IMG/VR virus record: IMGVR_UViG_3300020151_001402
Coordinates: 1-40,136 of that record
Source: a virus
Taxonomy: Duplodnaviria; Caudoviricetes
Strand: one strand, 5' to 3'
Length of the DNA: 40,136 nucleotides
The position numbers were made by a program, and so were the translations under genes. Below, one piece after another: positions 26,357-34,170 of the stretch. Below the pieces are notes generated by a model. The model saw only the letters and a program-made list of their open reading frames with translations, had not been told where the DNA came from and did not search any database. Numbering within the stretch: the first letter of the stretch is position 1; each line of letters begins with the position of its first letter.

Positions 26357-26782
26357 ATGTCAAGAGGAAAAGCAATCTCAGTTAAAATCCCTACTCAGCG
26401 AGTAATCGCAGGGCTAGAAACAGCACTTACTAAACTAGAAGCAGACTACAAATCACAAGAAGCAAACGAACTAAAGTACGAGAAGGCTATGGAAAAGTGG
26501 CGTACCGAACTCAGAAAGTTTGCTATCGCAAACATCAGCAAGGCAGAAAACTTCCGCACTAACTATCGTGCATACAATAATAAGTTAAACATTGACTACG
26601 ATATTATTGTAAATAAAGAAAGCGACCTGCCAGTAGAACCTGAGCGTGAGCATGAAGTAATACGCCAACACGACTATCGTGAACAAAAAGAGGAAATCAC
26701 AAACGCAATCCGTATTCTTAAAATGACAGATGAGGAAGTAGTATCTACTTCTACTTATCAAGCGGTTGCTCGTTATCTTTAA
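26357..26782 (+). CDS. hypothetical coiled-coil protein
   Basis: 141 aa, AGAAAAGGA RBS. Confidence 0.7.
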   Translation: MSRGKAISVKIPTQRVIAGLETALTKLEADYKSQEANELKYEKAMEKWRTELRKFAIANISKAENFRTNYRAYNNKLNIDYDIIVNKESDLPVEPEREHEVIRQHDYREQKEEITNAIRILKMTDEEVVSTSTYQAVARYL

Positions 26783-26791
26783 TTAGATAAA

Positions 26792-26819
26792 CGACCTGAG
26801 TATGTCGCTAAACTACTCA
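26792..26819 (+). ncRNA. 3'-UTR mini-pseudoknot element, copy 3
   Basis: CGAC-CTGAGTAT-GTCG-CTAAAC-TACTCA. Confidence 0.65.
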
Positions 26820-26873
26820 ATAAGTTTCACAAGAACCAAAAACTTGGATCTAATCCAAAATCTTGGTAGTGAA

Positions 26874-26902
26874 AGTTCCTGGGCACGAACTAAAACTGCT
26901 CA
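26874..26902 (+). ncRNA. mini-pseudoknot element, copy 4
   Basis: AGTTC-CTGGGCAC-GAACT-AAAAC-TGCTCA. Confidence 0.6.
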
Positions 26903-26911
26903 CACTAAGTT

Positions 26912-26997
26912 TGATTGGGCAGATGCGGATCCCGCTGCTGAAAAGAGTTGACAGGTGCACAATAAAAACTCGTTCCCAATCATTTTTTATTTTTTTG
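26912..26997 (+). ncRNA. candidate three-way-junction RNA followed by a U tract
   Basis: TGATTGGG/CCCAATCA encloses GCGG-ATC-CCGC and GAGTT/AACTC stems. Confidence 0.4.
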
Positions 26998-26998
26998 T

Positions 26999-27113
26999 GG
27001 CCCGGCCCGCCGTGATCAAGATCACAGTGTGATTAAGGACACTTTAAGAAATGTCCAATTTGCCCCATATTTGATTAGCCTGGTTTGCATATGTCTGCCC
27101 ACCCTGCTATACT
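26999..27113 (+). promoter_or_regulatory. intergenic regulatory module
   Basis: GGCCCGGCCC; CGTGA-N6-TCACA 27011; TGTGA-N6-ACACT 27028; AAATGTCCAA 27049; TGTCTG-N10-TATACT 27092. Confidence 0.65.
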
Positions 27114-27148
27114 TAAAATATCAACAAAACAAAAAAGGAGAATAACCT

Positions 27149-28165
27149 ATGGCACATGACCTAGAAACACAAAACGGCGTTGCATCTTTTGCATCATTCC
27201 GTGAACCTGCTTGGCATGGATTGGGTACCGTATTCACAGAAGAAAAGACAACCGCAGAAATGCTTAGCGCTGCAAATCTAAATGGTTGGAATGTTCGTCT
27301 TGAGGATTTGGAAACCCCATCACATCTCACAAGCGACAAGGCATACCAATATGTCTTGCGTACCAATCCTACCGACAACACCCAAACCGATATTCTTGGC
27401 GTAGTTGGTGAGCGCTACCATGTATTGCAGAATGAGGATCTATTTTCATTCGGTGATAATATCCTAGACGGTGGTGGTCGTTGGGAAACCGCTGGTTCAA
27501 TCAAGGGTGGGCGTGTAGTATTTGGCGCTCTTGCTCTTGAGCGTGAGACAATCCTAGACCCTAACGGTGTTGCAGATAAGGTTAAAACCTATTTACTTAT
27601 CAACACATCACACGATGGCTCTATTGCTATTCAAGCAAGCATAACACCCGTTCGTGTTGTGTGCGCTAATACTCTTAACCTTGCTCTTGGTTCAATCAAG
27701 AAAAAGAATGGCGTTAAGCAATCATTCAAAATTCGCCACACACAAACTGCTAACGGTAAAGTTCAAATTGCTCGTGAGACTCTTGGTCTTGCTAATAAGT
27801 ACATGGACGAATTTGATATCATGGCTAAGGCTATGATTGAGAAGGAAGTATCTGCTAAGCAATTCAACGATATCATTCTTGCTGCATACTCTAAGCCAGA
27901 AAAAGATGCTAAGGGTTCACTCAAGAAGTGGGAAAATAAAGTTGATGTTATCAACGACATTTACACTGGCGAATACAATGGCATGATCGCTGGTAATGCT
28001 TGGGGTGCATTTAATGCTCTTACTGAGCGCCTTGATTGGTATCGTTCTGCTCGTGGTGGTTCTAACGAGTCCATTCTGGCATCTGCATCTGGTTTTGATC
28101 CTGCTATCAACGCAGAGAAAAATCGTTTGCTCAAAGTCGTACAAAATGTTATGCAACTAGCATAA
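27149..28165 (+). CDS. DUF932 family phage/plasmid protein
   Basis: MAHDLE...REPAWHGLG, LGVVG.RY..LQN, ETAGS..GG..VF, SHDGS, TPVRVVCANTL, IRHT, AWGAFNALTE..D. Confidence 0.85.
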   Translation: MAHDLETQNGVASFASFREPAWHGLGTVFTEEKTTAEMLSAANLNGWNVRLEDLETPSHLTSDKAYQYVLRTNPTDNTQTDILGVVGERYHVLQNEDLFSFGDNILDGGGRWETAGSIKGGRVVFGALALERETILDPNGVADKVKTYLLINTSHDGSIAIQASITPVRVVCANTLNLALGSIKKKNGVKQSFKIRHTQTANGKVQIARETLGLANKYMDEFDIMAKAMIEKEVSAKQFNDIILAAYSKPEKDAKGSLKKWENKVDVINDIYTGEYNGMIAGNAWGAFNALTERLDWYRSARGGSNESILASASGFDPAINAEKNRLLKVVQNVMQLA

Positions 28166-28168
28166 TAA

Positions 28169-28198
28169 AAAATCCTGAGCATGATTTTAAACTGCTCA
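28169..28198 (+). ncRNA. 3'-UTR mini-pseudoknot element, copy 5
   Basis: AAAATC-CTGAGCAT-GATTTT-AAAC-TGCTCA. Confidence 0.65.
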
Positions 28199-28202
28199 AC
28201 AC

Positions 28203-28276
28203 GATCCGTTAGAATAGTTGGTTAGTTCGCTACCCTGTCACGGTAGAGGTCACGGGTTCAAGTCCCGTACGGATCG
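28203..28276 (+). tRNA. tRNA-Asp (GTC)
   Basis: Acceptor GATCCGT/ACGGATC, D arm GAAT/GTTC, anticodon arm CTACC-CTGTCAC-GGTAG, T arm ACGGG-TTCAAGT-CCCGT, discriminator G. CCA is not encoded. Confidence 0.95.
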
Positions 28277-28282
28277 CAAGTG

Positions 28283-28388
28283 GGCCGGCTTCATAACATT
28301 TTGTTACAAACCTTATTACGTCAGTGTGATATTTTTCACAGAAATCTATTACGTAAGACTTGCTTTTTTTCCTGAATCGGTGTAAAAT
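28283..28388 (+). promoter_or_regulatory. intergenic regulatory module
   Basis: GGCCGG; perfect TGTGA-TATTTT-TCACA 28325; TTGCTT-17-TAAAAT. Confidence 0.6.
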
Positions 28389-28419
28389 TAATATATACCT
28401 ACTAACCAAAGGAACACCA

Positions 28420-28845
28420 ATGAGAGAAAGATCAACAGGATATATCGGTCAAATCGTAGACGGTAAGAAACTAGCAGTAATCGCTAATGGCATATACTCA
28501 TTACAGTATAGCAATGACTTTAGCCCATGTACTGTAGATAATCTATTATTCATTACCCTGGAAGAAAAAAATGTATATGGCGACAATAAGTATGCCTTGG
28601 TTTGTTCAGAGGGTGTTGGCTGGGAGCAAGACACATTTGGCTGTCTAGAAGTACCAACAAACATCGGTGCCATGGGTCTATGGAATGGCAGAGTCTTTAT
28701 CTCTGTAGACACTGTTAAGGAATGTCTAACAGATCAAACAGAAGATATCGCAGACTACATCCGTGTCTTTGGTGACCGCCTAGATAATAACTGTTCCCTA
28801 TGGCAATCCAAAATGTCAGTGGTCAAAGATACAATAGAAGTATGA
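28420..28845 (+). CDS. hypothetical protein
   Basis: AAAGGA RBS, ATG 28420. Confidence 0.65.
   Translation: MRERSTGYIGQIVDGKKLAVIANGIYSLQYSNDFSPCTVDNLLFITLEEKNVYGDNKYALVCSEGVGWEQDTFGCLEVPTNIGAMGLWNGRVFISVDTVKECLTDQTEDIADYIRVFGDRLDNNCSLWQSKMSVVKDTIEV
28814..28835 (+). promoter_or_regulatory. RecA-NDp/PafBC-type promoter, leaderless to ATG 28842
   Basis: TGTCAG-TGGTCAAAGA-TACAAT + 6 nt + ATG. Confidence 0.7.
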
Positions 28846-29961
28846 CAACAAGACATAGACCATACACAATATCAGAACTCATAGAGGCTATCTATGAGGA
28901 TCACTACTCTCACTTTGATTTCATAGATGAAATGAATAGTGGAGAGTGCTACTGTCAAATACATACTACCATGAATACTATTGTCAAGTACTGGGGGGAA
29001 TAATGAAGTTCAGTATTGATTACTATGAGAGAGTAAATAACTATTGGCATAGAGAGATTGAGGCTGATACCTTGATTGAAGCCCAAGATTTTTTACTACA
29101 AGAAATACAAGGCACTGAGCCTGACCATGTTGATATTATTGGCTATGAGTTTGAGGAAGGTGAGTAATGCTAGGCTATGAACTATCAGATCAAGAAGATA
29201 TGGTTGTTGCTGTACAGAATGCATATAAATATGTAACTACACCTGAAGATAAAGAGGGTCTTAAAATGGCTGAGGCATTCTTACAAGGACTATGGGCTGA
29301 GGGCTACTTTGACTAAATCATCCCGTTTCATAGAGTATATAAAGATACATCTACTTAGTCTTGAACAGGATGAAGAAGAGACTAGGCATTTCTTTAATAC
29401 ATATGAGGGTGATTTTGATACAGATGAATACCGCCAAATGGAGATAAAGGACATTATTAATCTTGGGGAACTTAAGGCTACCCGACACATCTTGTCAGTG
29501 GCTCTCGATATAATGGAACAAAGCAACCAAGGAGAGTGGGCAATCAATGAGTGAGAAGTATCCTTTTATACCAGAATATTTAGAGAAGGCTTTAGAGGAT
29601 GTAACTATCCCATTAATCGATGTGCTGCACGGCTACCTCAAAGTTGAGATGTTAGATGTAGAGGAAGTAATGGACGGAGACAACGATGATCGATTTTTGC
29701 AGGGATACCTACAGGCCTTGACAAATGTATACACCATGACCTATAATTTATCTATAGACCGCAAACGAATTGAGGAAGCCAATGCCTAAATGTTTAGATT
29801 GTGGCCAGACAGAACGCTTTTGGTATACAGAGACAGGCCATAAACTTGGTATCTACAATGCTAGTGGTGAACTAGACGATGTAGAGACTGACGCATGGGA
29901 TGAAGTTACAGACGGTGAGTGCGAGCCTTGCGGTTCTAAGAATGTGGAGGGAACTCTCTAA
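28842..29961 (+). other. run of small hypothetical ORFs (28842-29003, 29003-29167, 29309-29554, 29547-29789, Zn-ribbon 29782-29961)
   Basis: Overlapping starts and stops, acidic small proteins. Internal TGTCAG-N10-TATAAT at 29493-29514. Confidence 0.6.
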
Positions 29962-30344
29962 TGTCAAACCCTCCTGCTCAATTTATCGAAATGGACTTTG
30001 ACGTATGGTCTACCATCTATAAGCCTATCCCTAATCATATAGATAAGGGTGCCTCCTTCAATGACGGAGAGCATGGCTATATGTTTGAGACCTATGGTAA
30101 AGAGTTAGAGTTTGTTGAGGCCGCTTCAGAGAGACATATCTGGACCTATGGAGACGGTGATGACGGTGGTACCTATATCTGGAATGGCTGGTCCTTTGTT
30201 AATAGGATTGGTTATTTCATTACTGAGGTACCTTTTTCGGAAGGGGTAGTCGTTCAGGTAAAGGTATCAGATCCTGACTTGACTTGCGAAGCCTGTGATG
30301 AGACAATAGATATAGACCAAAAACACCAATGCGAGGAGAAATAA
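29961..30344 (+). CDS. hypothetical phage protein (FETYG...IWT...VNRIGYFITE)
   Basis: 127 aa with a C-terminal CxxC...HxC. Confidence 0.65.
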   Translation: MSNPPAQFIEMDFDVWSTIYKPIPNHIDKGASFNDGEHGYMFETYGKELEFVEAASERHIWTYGDGDDGGTYIWNGWSFVNRIGYFITEVPFSEGVVVQVKVSDPDLTCEACDETIDIDQKHQCEEK

Positions 30345-30677
30345 ATGCAAGCAACAATATCAGATTTAGTTTTAGCAGGACATTTCGGAGTTGACTCAGG
30401 ACAAGCAATGGTAGGCGACCCATGCTACCTAGATCAATGGAACACCAACGAAGGCGATGAGTGGAACCTTGAAGGTAAGGTAGGCCACTACTCTTATCAT
30501 GGCGCTAGCGCTACTACCCTGGCCCAGGACTTTGGCTCCTTAGGAAATTCTGCAGTAGTATTCTCAACAGGCTATGGAGATGGTTTCTACCCTGTTTACG
30601 TACAGATGAATGAGGACGGCCGTGTAAGCAAGGTAGTTATTGACTTTGAGGGAGAAATCCAAGGAGAGGATGAATAA
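30345..30677 (+). CDS. DUF4241-like protein
   Basis: GVDSGQ and STGYGDG.YPVY motifs. Confidence 0.65.
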   Translation: MQATISDLVLAGHFGVDSGQAMVGDPCYLDQWNTNEGDEWNLEGKVGHYSYHGASATTLAQDFGSLGNSAVVFSTGYGDGFYPVYVQMNEDGRVSKVVIDFEGEIQGEDE

Positions 30678-31042
30678 TGGGAGCACGCATTAACTATATA
30701 TTCAAAGATAGTGAGAAGGGTCCTCTCGTGGTCCTATACAGCCATTGGGGAGCCACTGAATGGCAGAAGGACCTAGCAATGGCTCTTCAGCATGCTGAGC
30801 CTAGGTGGTTTGACTCTGCCTATGGTACCCGCATGATTATTAGTTATCTTATGCAAGATAGCATCCTTGAAGAAACAGGGTTTGGTATCTACGCAATTGA
30901 TCAGGATGGCTACGAACTAGGGGAGTTGACGGTCCTAGTCGACTTCACTACCAAGACTGTTACTGATAGAGTCTCCGTGCCATTTGACAAATTCGTAAAT
31001 GCATACGCACCAGAGGTTTTCGCTGAGCAGAGGATAGGGTAG
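30677..31042 (+). CDS. hypothetical phage protein (MG.R...LYSHWG)
   Basis: 121 aa, coupled start. Confidence 0.65.
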   Translation: MGARINYIFKDSEKGPLVVLYSHWGATEWQKDLAMALQHAEPRWFDSAYGTRMIISYLMQDSILEETGFGIYAIDQDGYELGELTVLVDFTTKTVTDRVSVPFDKFVNAYAPEVFAEQRIG

Positions 31043-31062
31043 GGTCACCCTGTCCACATAAT

Positions 31063-31109
31063 GAGATGGGGGCAGGTTTGTGGTGGGCTTGCCCTCATCT
31101 CTCCTTTTT
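31063..31109 (+). terminator. intrinsic terminator
   Basis: Stem GAGATGGGGGCAGG / CTTGCCCTCATCTC, followed by TCCTTTTT. Confidence 0.6.
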
Positions 31110-31134
31110 GCTATAATGAGTTAGGGAGATATAC

Positions 31135-31368
31135 ATGTATCGTATTAGTAGAGCAGTAGTTACCACTAAAGAGGAAAAGGTTGCCGTATCCATTGGCAAA
31201 CTACTATCTGACTTTCACCTTGACTTGGAGAAGGTTGGATACCACTTAGCCAAAGCAACTCCATATTTGATTTATCGCAGGGCATTGGAAGTGCTAGAGT
31301 CAGCACAATTCCAACTTGACACAGTAGAACAGAATAGGATAGAATATAACCATGACCGACTTTTCTAG
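31135..31368 (+). CDS. hypothetical protein
   Basis: TGCTATAAT and GGGAG upstream. Confidence 0.6.
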   Translation: MYRISRAVVTTKEEKVAVSIGKLLSDFHLDLEKVGYHLAKATPYLIYRRALEVLESAQFQLDTVEQNRIEYNHDRLF

Positions 31369-31618
31369 CGTTTGCGAAATACTATCAGACCTATACGCCA
31401 ACTATAAAGAAGAAGAAGACTTTGCGGACTTCATTGAGTTTAATGATATCGGATTGCCTCTTGCATACTTTCAGCATGAGGGTCTATCTAAAATAACACC
31501 AGACGGAGAACGATATACTGCTGAGACTTGGCAATTATTTTTGGCTTCTCTAAATCTTCAAGATGAAGGGTTTGAAAGTCTAGACGAAGTGTTTGCTGCG
31601 GCTGACGGAGTAAACTAA
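31352..31618 (+). CDS. hypothetical acidic protein
   Basis: 88 aa, followed by a GCCC-TTCG-GGGC hairpin. Confidence 0.6.
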   Translation: MTDFSSVCEILSDLYANYKEEEDFADFIEFNDIGLPLAYFQHEGLSKITPDGERYTAETWQLFLASLNLQDEGFESLDEVFAAADGVN

Positions 31619-31800
31619 TCTCTAGCCCTTCGGGGCCGGATCATTGGACAAATCGGACATATCGTACAAACCACATTTTCTAAAAAATAGATTACGATAG
31701 AGCAATATTTTTCCCCATTCATGGACAAACCTTATATCATGCAAACCTTGGTTTGTCAAAACTTATTTCCCAAACCTTATATAGGTGTATAATGGTTTGT

Positions 31801-31962
31801 ATGAGTCCAAGACATTTCTCCAGTAAGTATGGTCCTTATTTTGTTGGACAAACCTTTACTAGACACACTGAGTTAAACTCTTGTACTGATCCTAATTGTT
31901 CTACTACTATGGCTAAGATTAAAAAGTTCTTCCAATTCCCCCGTCCCAAGGCTGATAAATAG
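31801..31962 (+). CDS. small hypothetical protein
   Basis: TATAAT 31788-31793 + 7 nt + ATG (leaderless). Confidence 0.4.
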   Translation: MSPRHFSSKYGPYFVGQTFTRHTELNSCTDPNCSTTMAKIKKFFQFPRPKADK

Positions 31963-32160
31963 TCCTAAGAGACATTACGATCCCCTGCGTTTTTGGCGGG
32001 GGATTACGAAAGTATACCAAATCCCCCTAGTATAAAAGACATTACGATAACAAACCTTTTCTCCTGGTTTTTTAAATATTATCCAAACCTTTATATATTT
32101 TTTCCTGGTTTTTCTCACATTTTCTCACATTTTTCTATAGGTTTTTTAGGCTATAAAGGT

Positions 32161-32189
32161 TTGACAAATAGGAGGTTTGGGTGTATAAT
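32161..32189 (+). promoter_or_regulatory. perfect consensus sigma70/SigA promoter
   Basis: TTGACA-N17-TATAAT. Confidence 0.8.
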
Positions 32190-32353
32190 CCGCATGCAAG
32201 GTTTGGGGATAGGAAGGTTTGGAGGTTTGGACATTACGAACCCATCTGTCTAAATGCTCAATACTCCATTTCACTCCACTTTCCTCCACTAAAAGAAAAT
32301 CTAAAAAATATCAGTAAGATTAATATCAGTAAAATTTGTTGTATAATGGCTAT

Positions 32354-33115
32354 ATGTCTCACTCTTTTCCTAAAATTATCTGGCAAACCCACAACCACAT
32401 GGTTGATGAACTTCCAGACCATCTAAACAAAATATGCGGTACTTGGATAAACCTTAACCCTGGCTGGCAACATATCTATGTAGACCATATCCAGAGGGAA
32501 GCGATGGTAGCCCAGTTAGCCCCAAACCTCATTAACATCTATAAAAAACTTAAACCAATGTATCAAGCAGATATTTGGCGGTATCTAATAACCTATGAGC
32601 ATGGGGGTCTATATGCTGATATGGACTCAATATGTATCAAACCTTTAGACCAAATGCTCGAAGAGATATACACCTCTGGCAGCATAGATCCAGAGATGAT
32701 AGTTGTACCAAGACTTCCTAACAAATTAGGCTCTCAGGATAAAGAATATACAAACAATGCAAACTATATTATTAAGAAAAAATCTCACATTATGAAGCAG
32801 ATCCTAGATAGTATCATGCCTAACCAATTACCAGATAGTAGAGGTTTTGCTAAATGCTGGTGTGGCAGTGATCATTTCATCGCTACTAAAGGTTTGGAAA
32901 ACTTCAACCCCCATAGCACATTAATTAACTTTCAGGTAATAGCAGATCGACATGCCCCAGATACTGTCTTATTCGCCTTTGACGCAGCAAGCCATCAGAG
33001 TAGGTTTAAAACACAATTTTCCGAAGATTTTTTTATTTCTATAGATTACTATGGCCAGACTATGGAATATAATGAGTTTGTTATAAATAATAACCTTAAG
33101 TATATGTATTACTAG
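32354..33115 (+). CDS. glycosyltransferase family 32 (OCH1-like, DXD)
   Basis: FPKIIWQT, WINLNPGW, ADIWRY, GGLYADMD; leaderless ATG 32354. Confidence 0.85.
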   Translation: MSHSFPKIIWQTHNHMVDELPDHLNKICGTWINLNPGWQHIYVDHIQREAMVAQLAPNLINIYKKLKPMYQADIWRYLITYEHGGLYADMDSICIKPLDQMLEEIYTSGSIDPEMIVVPRLPNKLGSQDKEYTNNANYIIKKKSHIMKQILDSIMPNQLPDSRGFAKCWCGSDHFIATKGLENFNPHSTLINFQVIADRHAPDTVLFAFDAASHQSRFKTQFSEDFFISIDYYGQTMEYNEFVINNNLKYMYY

Positions 33116-33165
33116 GGATTACGATGGCTCTTGACATTCCCCCGAAATTTTGAGATAATTAGTTT

Positions 33166-33330
33166 ATGAATACAAAAACAAAGTCTCCTACTAAAATAGA
33201 GATAAATATCAAAACCAGTAAATGGAGATTTCTAGATACTCAACTTGGGGTCTATTCTTTAGAAGAATGGAATACCAAGAAAGAAGCACACAAACATGCT
33301 GCAAAGTATCGCAGAAAGCACGGATTGTAG
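33166..33330 (+). CDS. small basic protein (54 aa)
   Basis: TTGACA-17-GATAAT + 6 nt + ATG. Confidence 0.55.
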   Translation: MNTKTKSPTKIEINIKTSKWRFLDTQLGVYSLEEWNTKKEAHKHAAKYRRKHGL

Positions 33331-33476
33331 ATATGCTACAATGGATGTATGAACCAAGAAAAATGCTTCTATTGCTCTAACCTAGCAATCTATGACGATA
33401 TCGTAGTCTTGGATGCATCCTATAAGGTTGCTGCTGTATGTAGGGCACACCTTAAGATGGGTCTATCTTCTTAACT

Positions 33477-34058
33477 ATGAATCAGATAGTATTTAATTCC
33501 TTCCCCCGATCAGGAAATGTCTACTCTTCAAAAATATCAGGTGCTTTCTTTCACTCTATGCTTGCAACCGTACACATGCCTCAAATCTTTTCCGTAAAAG
33601 ACCTAGATAATGTTACACTCTTTAGAAAGCCTGAAGATGCCATATCTTCTGTAATCTATAAGAATAATCCAAACCAAACCCTAACTGATGAAGCGATTGT
33701 TAATCAGGCAAGAAACTCATTAGAGATGTATAAGGTTTATATGGAGTATGCAGCCGCCAATGCTGACCTTATATATATAGGCAAGTTTGATGATCTAATT
33801 AATGATCCTTTTAATCATTTTAAAAATATTGCAAAAAAGTTTAACAGAAGAATATCACCCGATTATGAAACAAAGTTTGCAGATATCCAATCAAGTTTAA
33901 CTGATCAACTGTGGACAGATGAGCATGATGGTCATATCCCTAGAGAAAAATCAGATCAGAGAAAGCACATAGAAGAACTAGTTAGATCTTTGCCATTTGT
34001 TCAAGAGTTAAATAAAGATTACGAAGAGTTTATTCTTAAGTATCAAACCAAGGTATAA
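33477..34058 (+). CDS. sulfotransferase-like P-loop protein
   Basis: FNSFPRSGN, FRKPEDAISS, FDDLINDP. Confidence 0.65.
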   Translation: MNQIVFNSFPRSGNVYSSKISGAFFHSMLATVHMPQIFSVKDLDNVTLFRKPEDAISSVIYKNNPNQTLTDEAIVNQARNSLEMYKVYMEYAAANADLIYIGKFDDLINDPFNHFKNIAKKFNRRISPDYETKFADIQSSLTDQLWTDEHDGHIPREKSDQRKHIEELVRSLPFVQELNKDYEEFILKYQTKV

Positions 34059-34170
34059 GGTTATATTAACCCATAGTGCCCGTTTGGGGCATAGGGGGGT
34101 TTGTTTCCTCTATTCCGCCGAACTTTAAACCTATTTAGCGCCGAACTTAAATGTGGTGTATAATACAAAT

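Larger units (their letters stand above)
31667..32239. repeat. array of CAAACC(TT), inverted AGGTTTG and ATTACGA repeats; origin-like
   Basis: CAAACCTT at 31726, 31742, 31771, 31849, 32051, 32084; AGGTTTG at 32157, 32173, 32199, 32215, 32223; ATTACGA at 31691, 31974, 32003, 32041, 32233; TTTCTCACAT x2 at 32111. Confidence 0.65.

Noticed and set aside
26912-26982. Hammerhead ribozyme in the three-way junction
   Set aside because: Has CTGAAAA rather than CUGANGA and lacks a properly placed GAAA core.
23060-28198. Pseudoknot element as a preQ1-I riboswitch
   Set aside because: Similar size and A-rich tail, but the loop sequence differs and copies lie after stop codons rather than before queuosine genes.
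20800-32300. CRISPR array or integron attC array
   Set aside because: Repeats are short, degenerate and spaced by kilobases. There is no constant repeat-spacer period, and no cas or integrase gene in the window.
31993-32426. ORFs 31993-32253 and 32181-32426
   Set aside because: Low-complexity translations of the repeat array with no RBS; the second overlaps the GT32 gene.
34115-34150. Direct repeat CGCCGAACTT x2 (related TTCGGCG at 19612)
   Set aside because: Too few copies to support a call; may be an operator.
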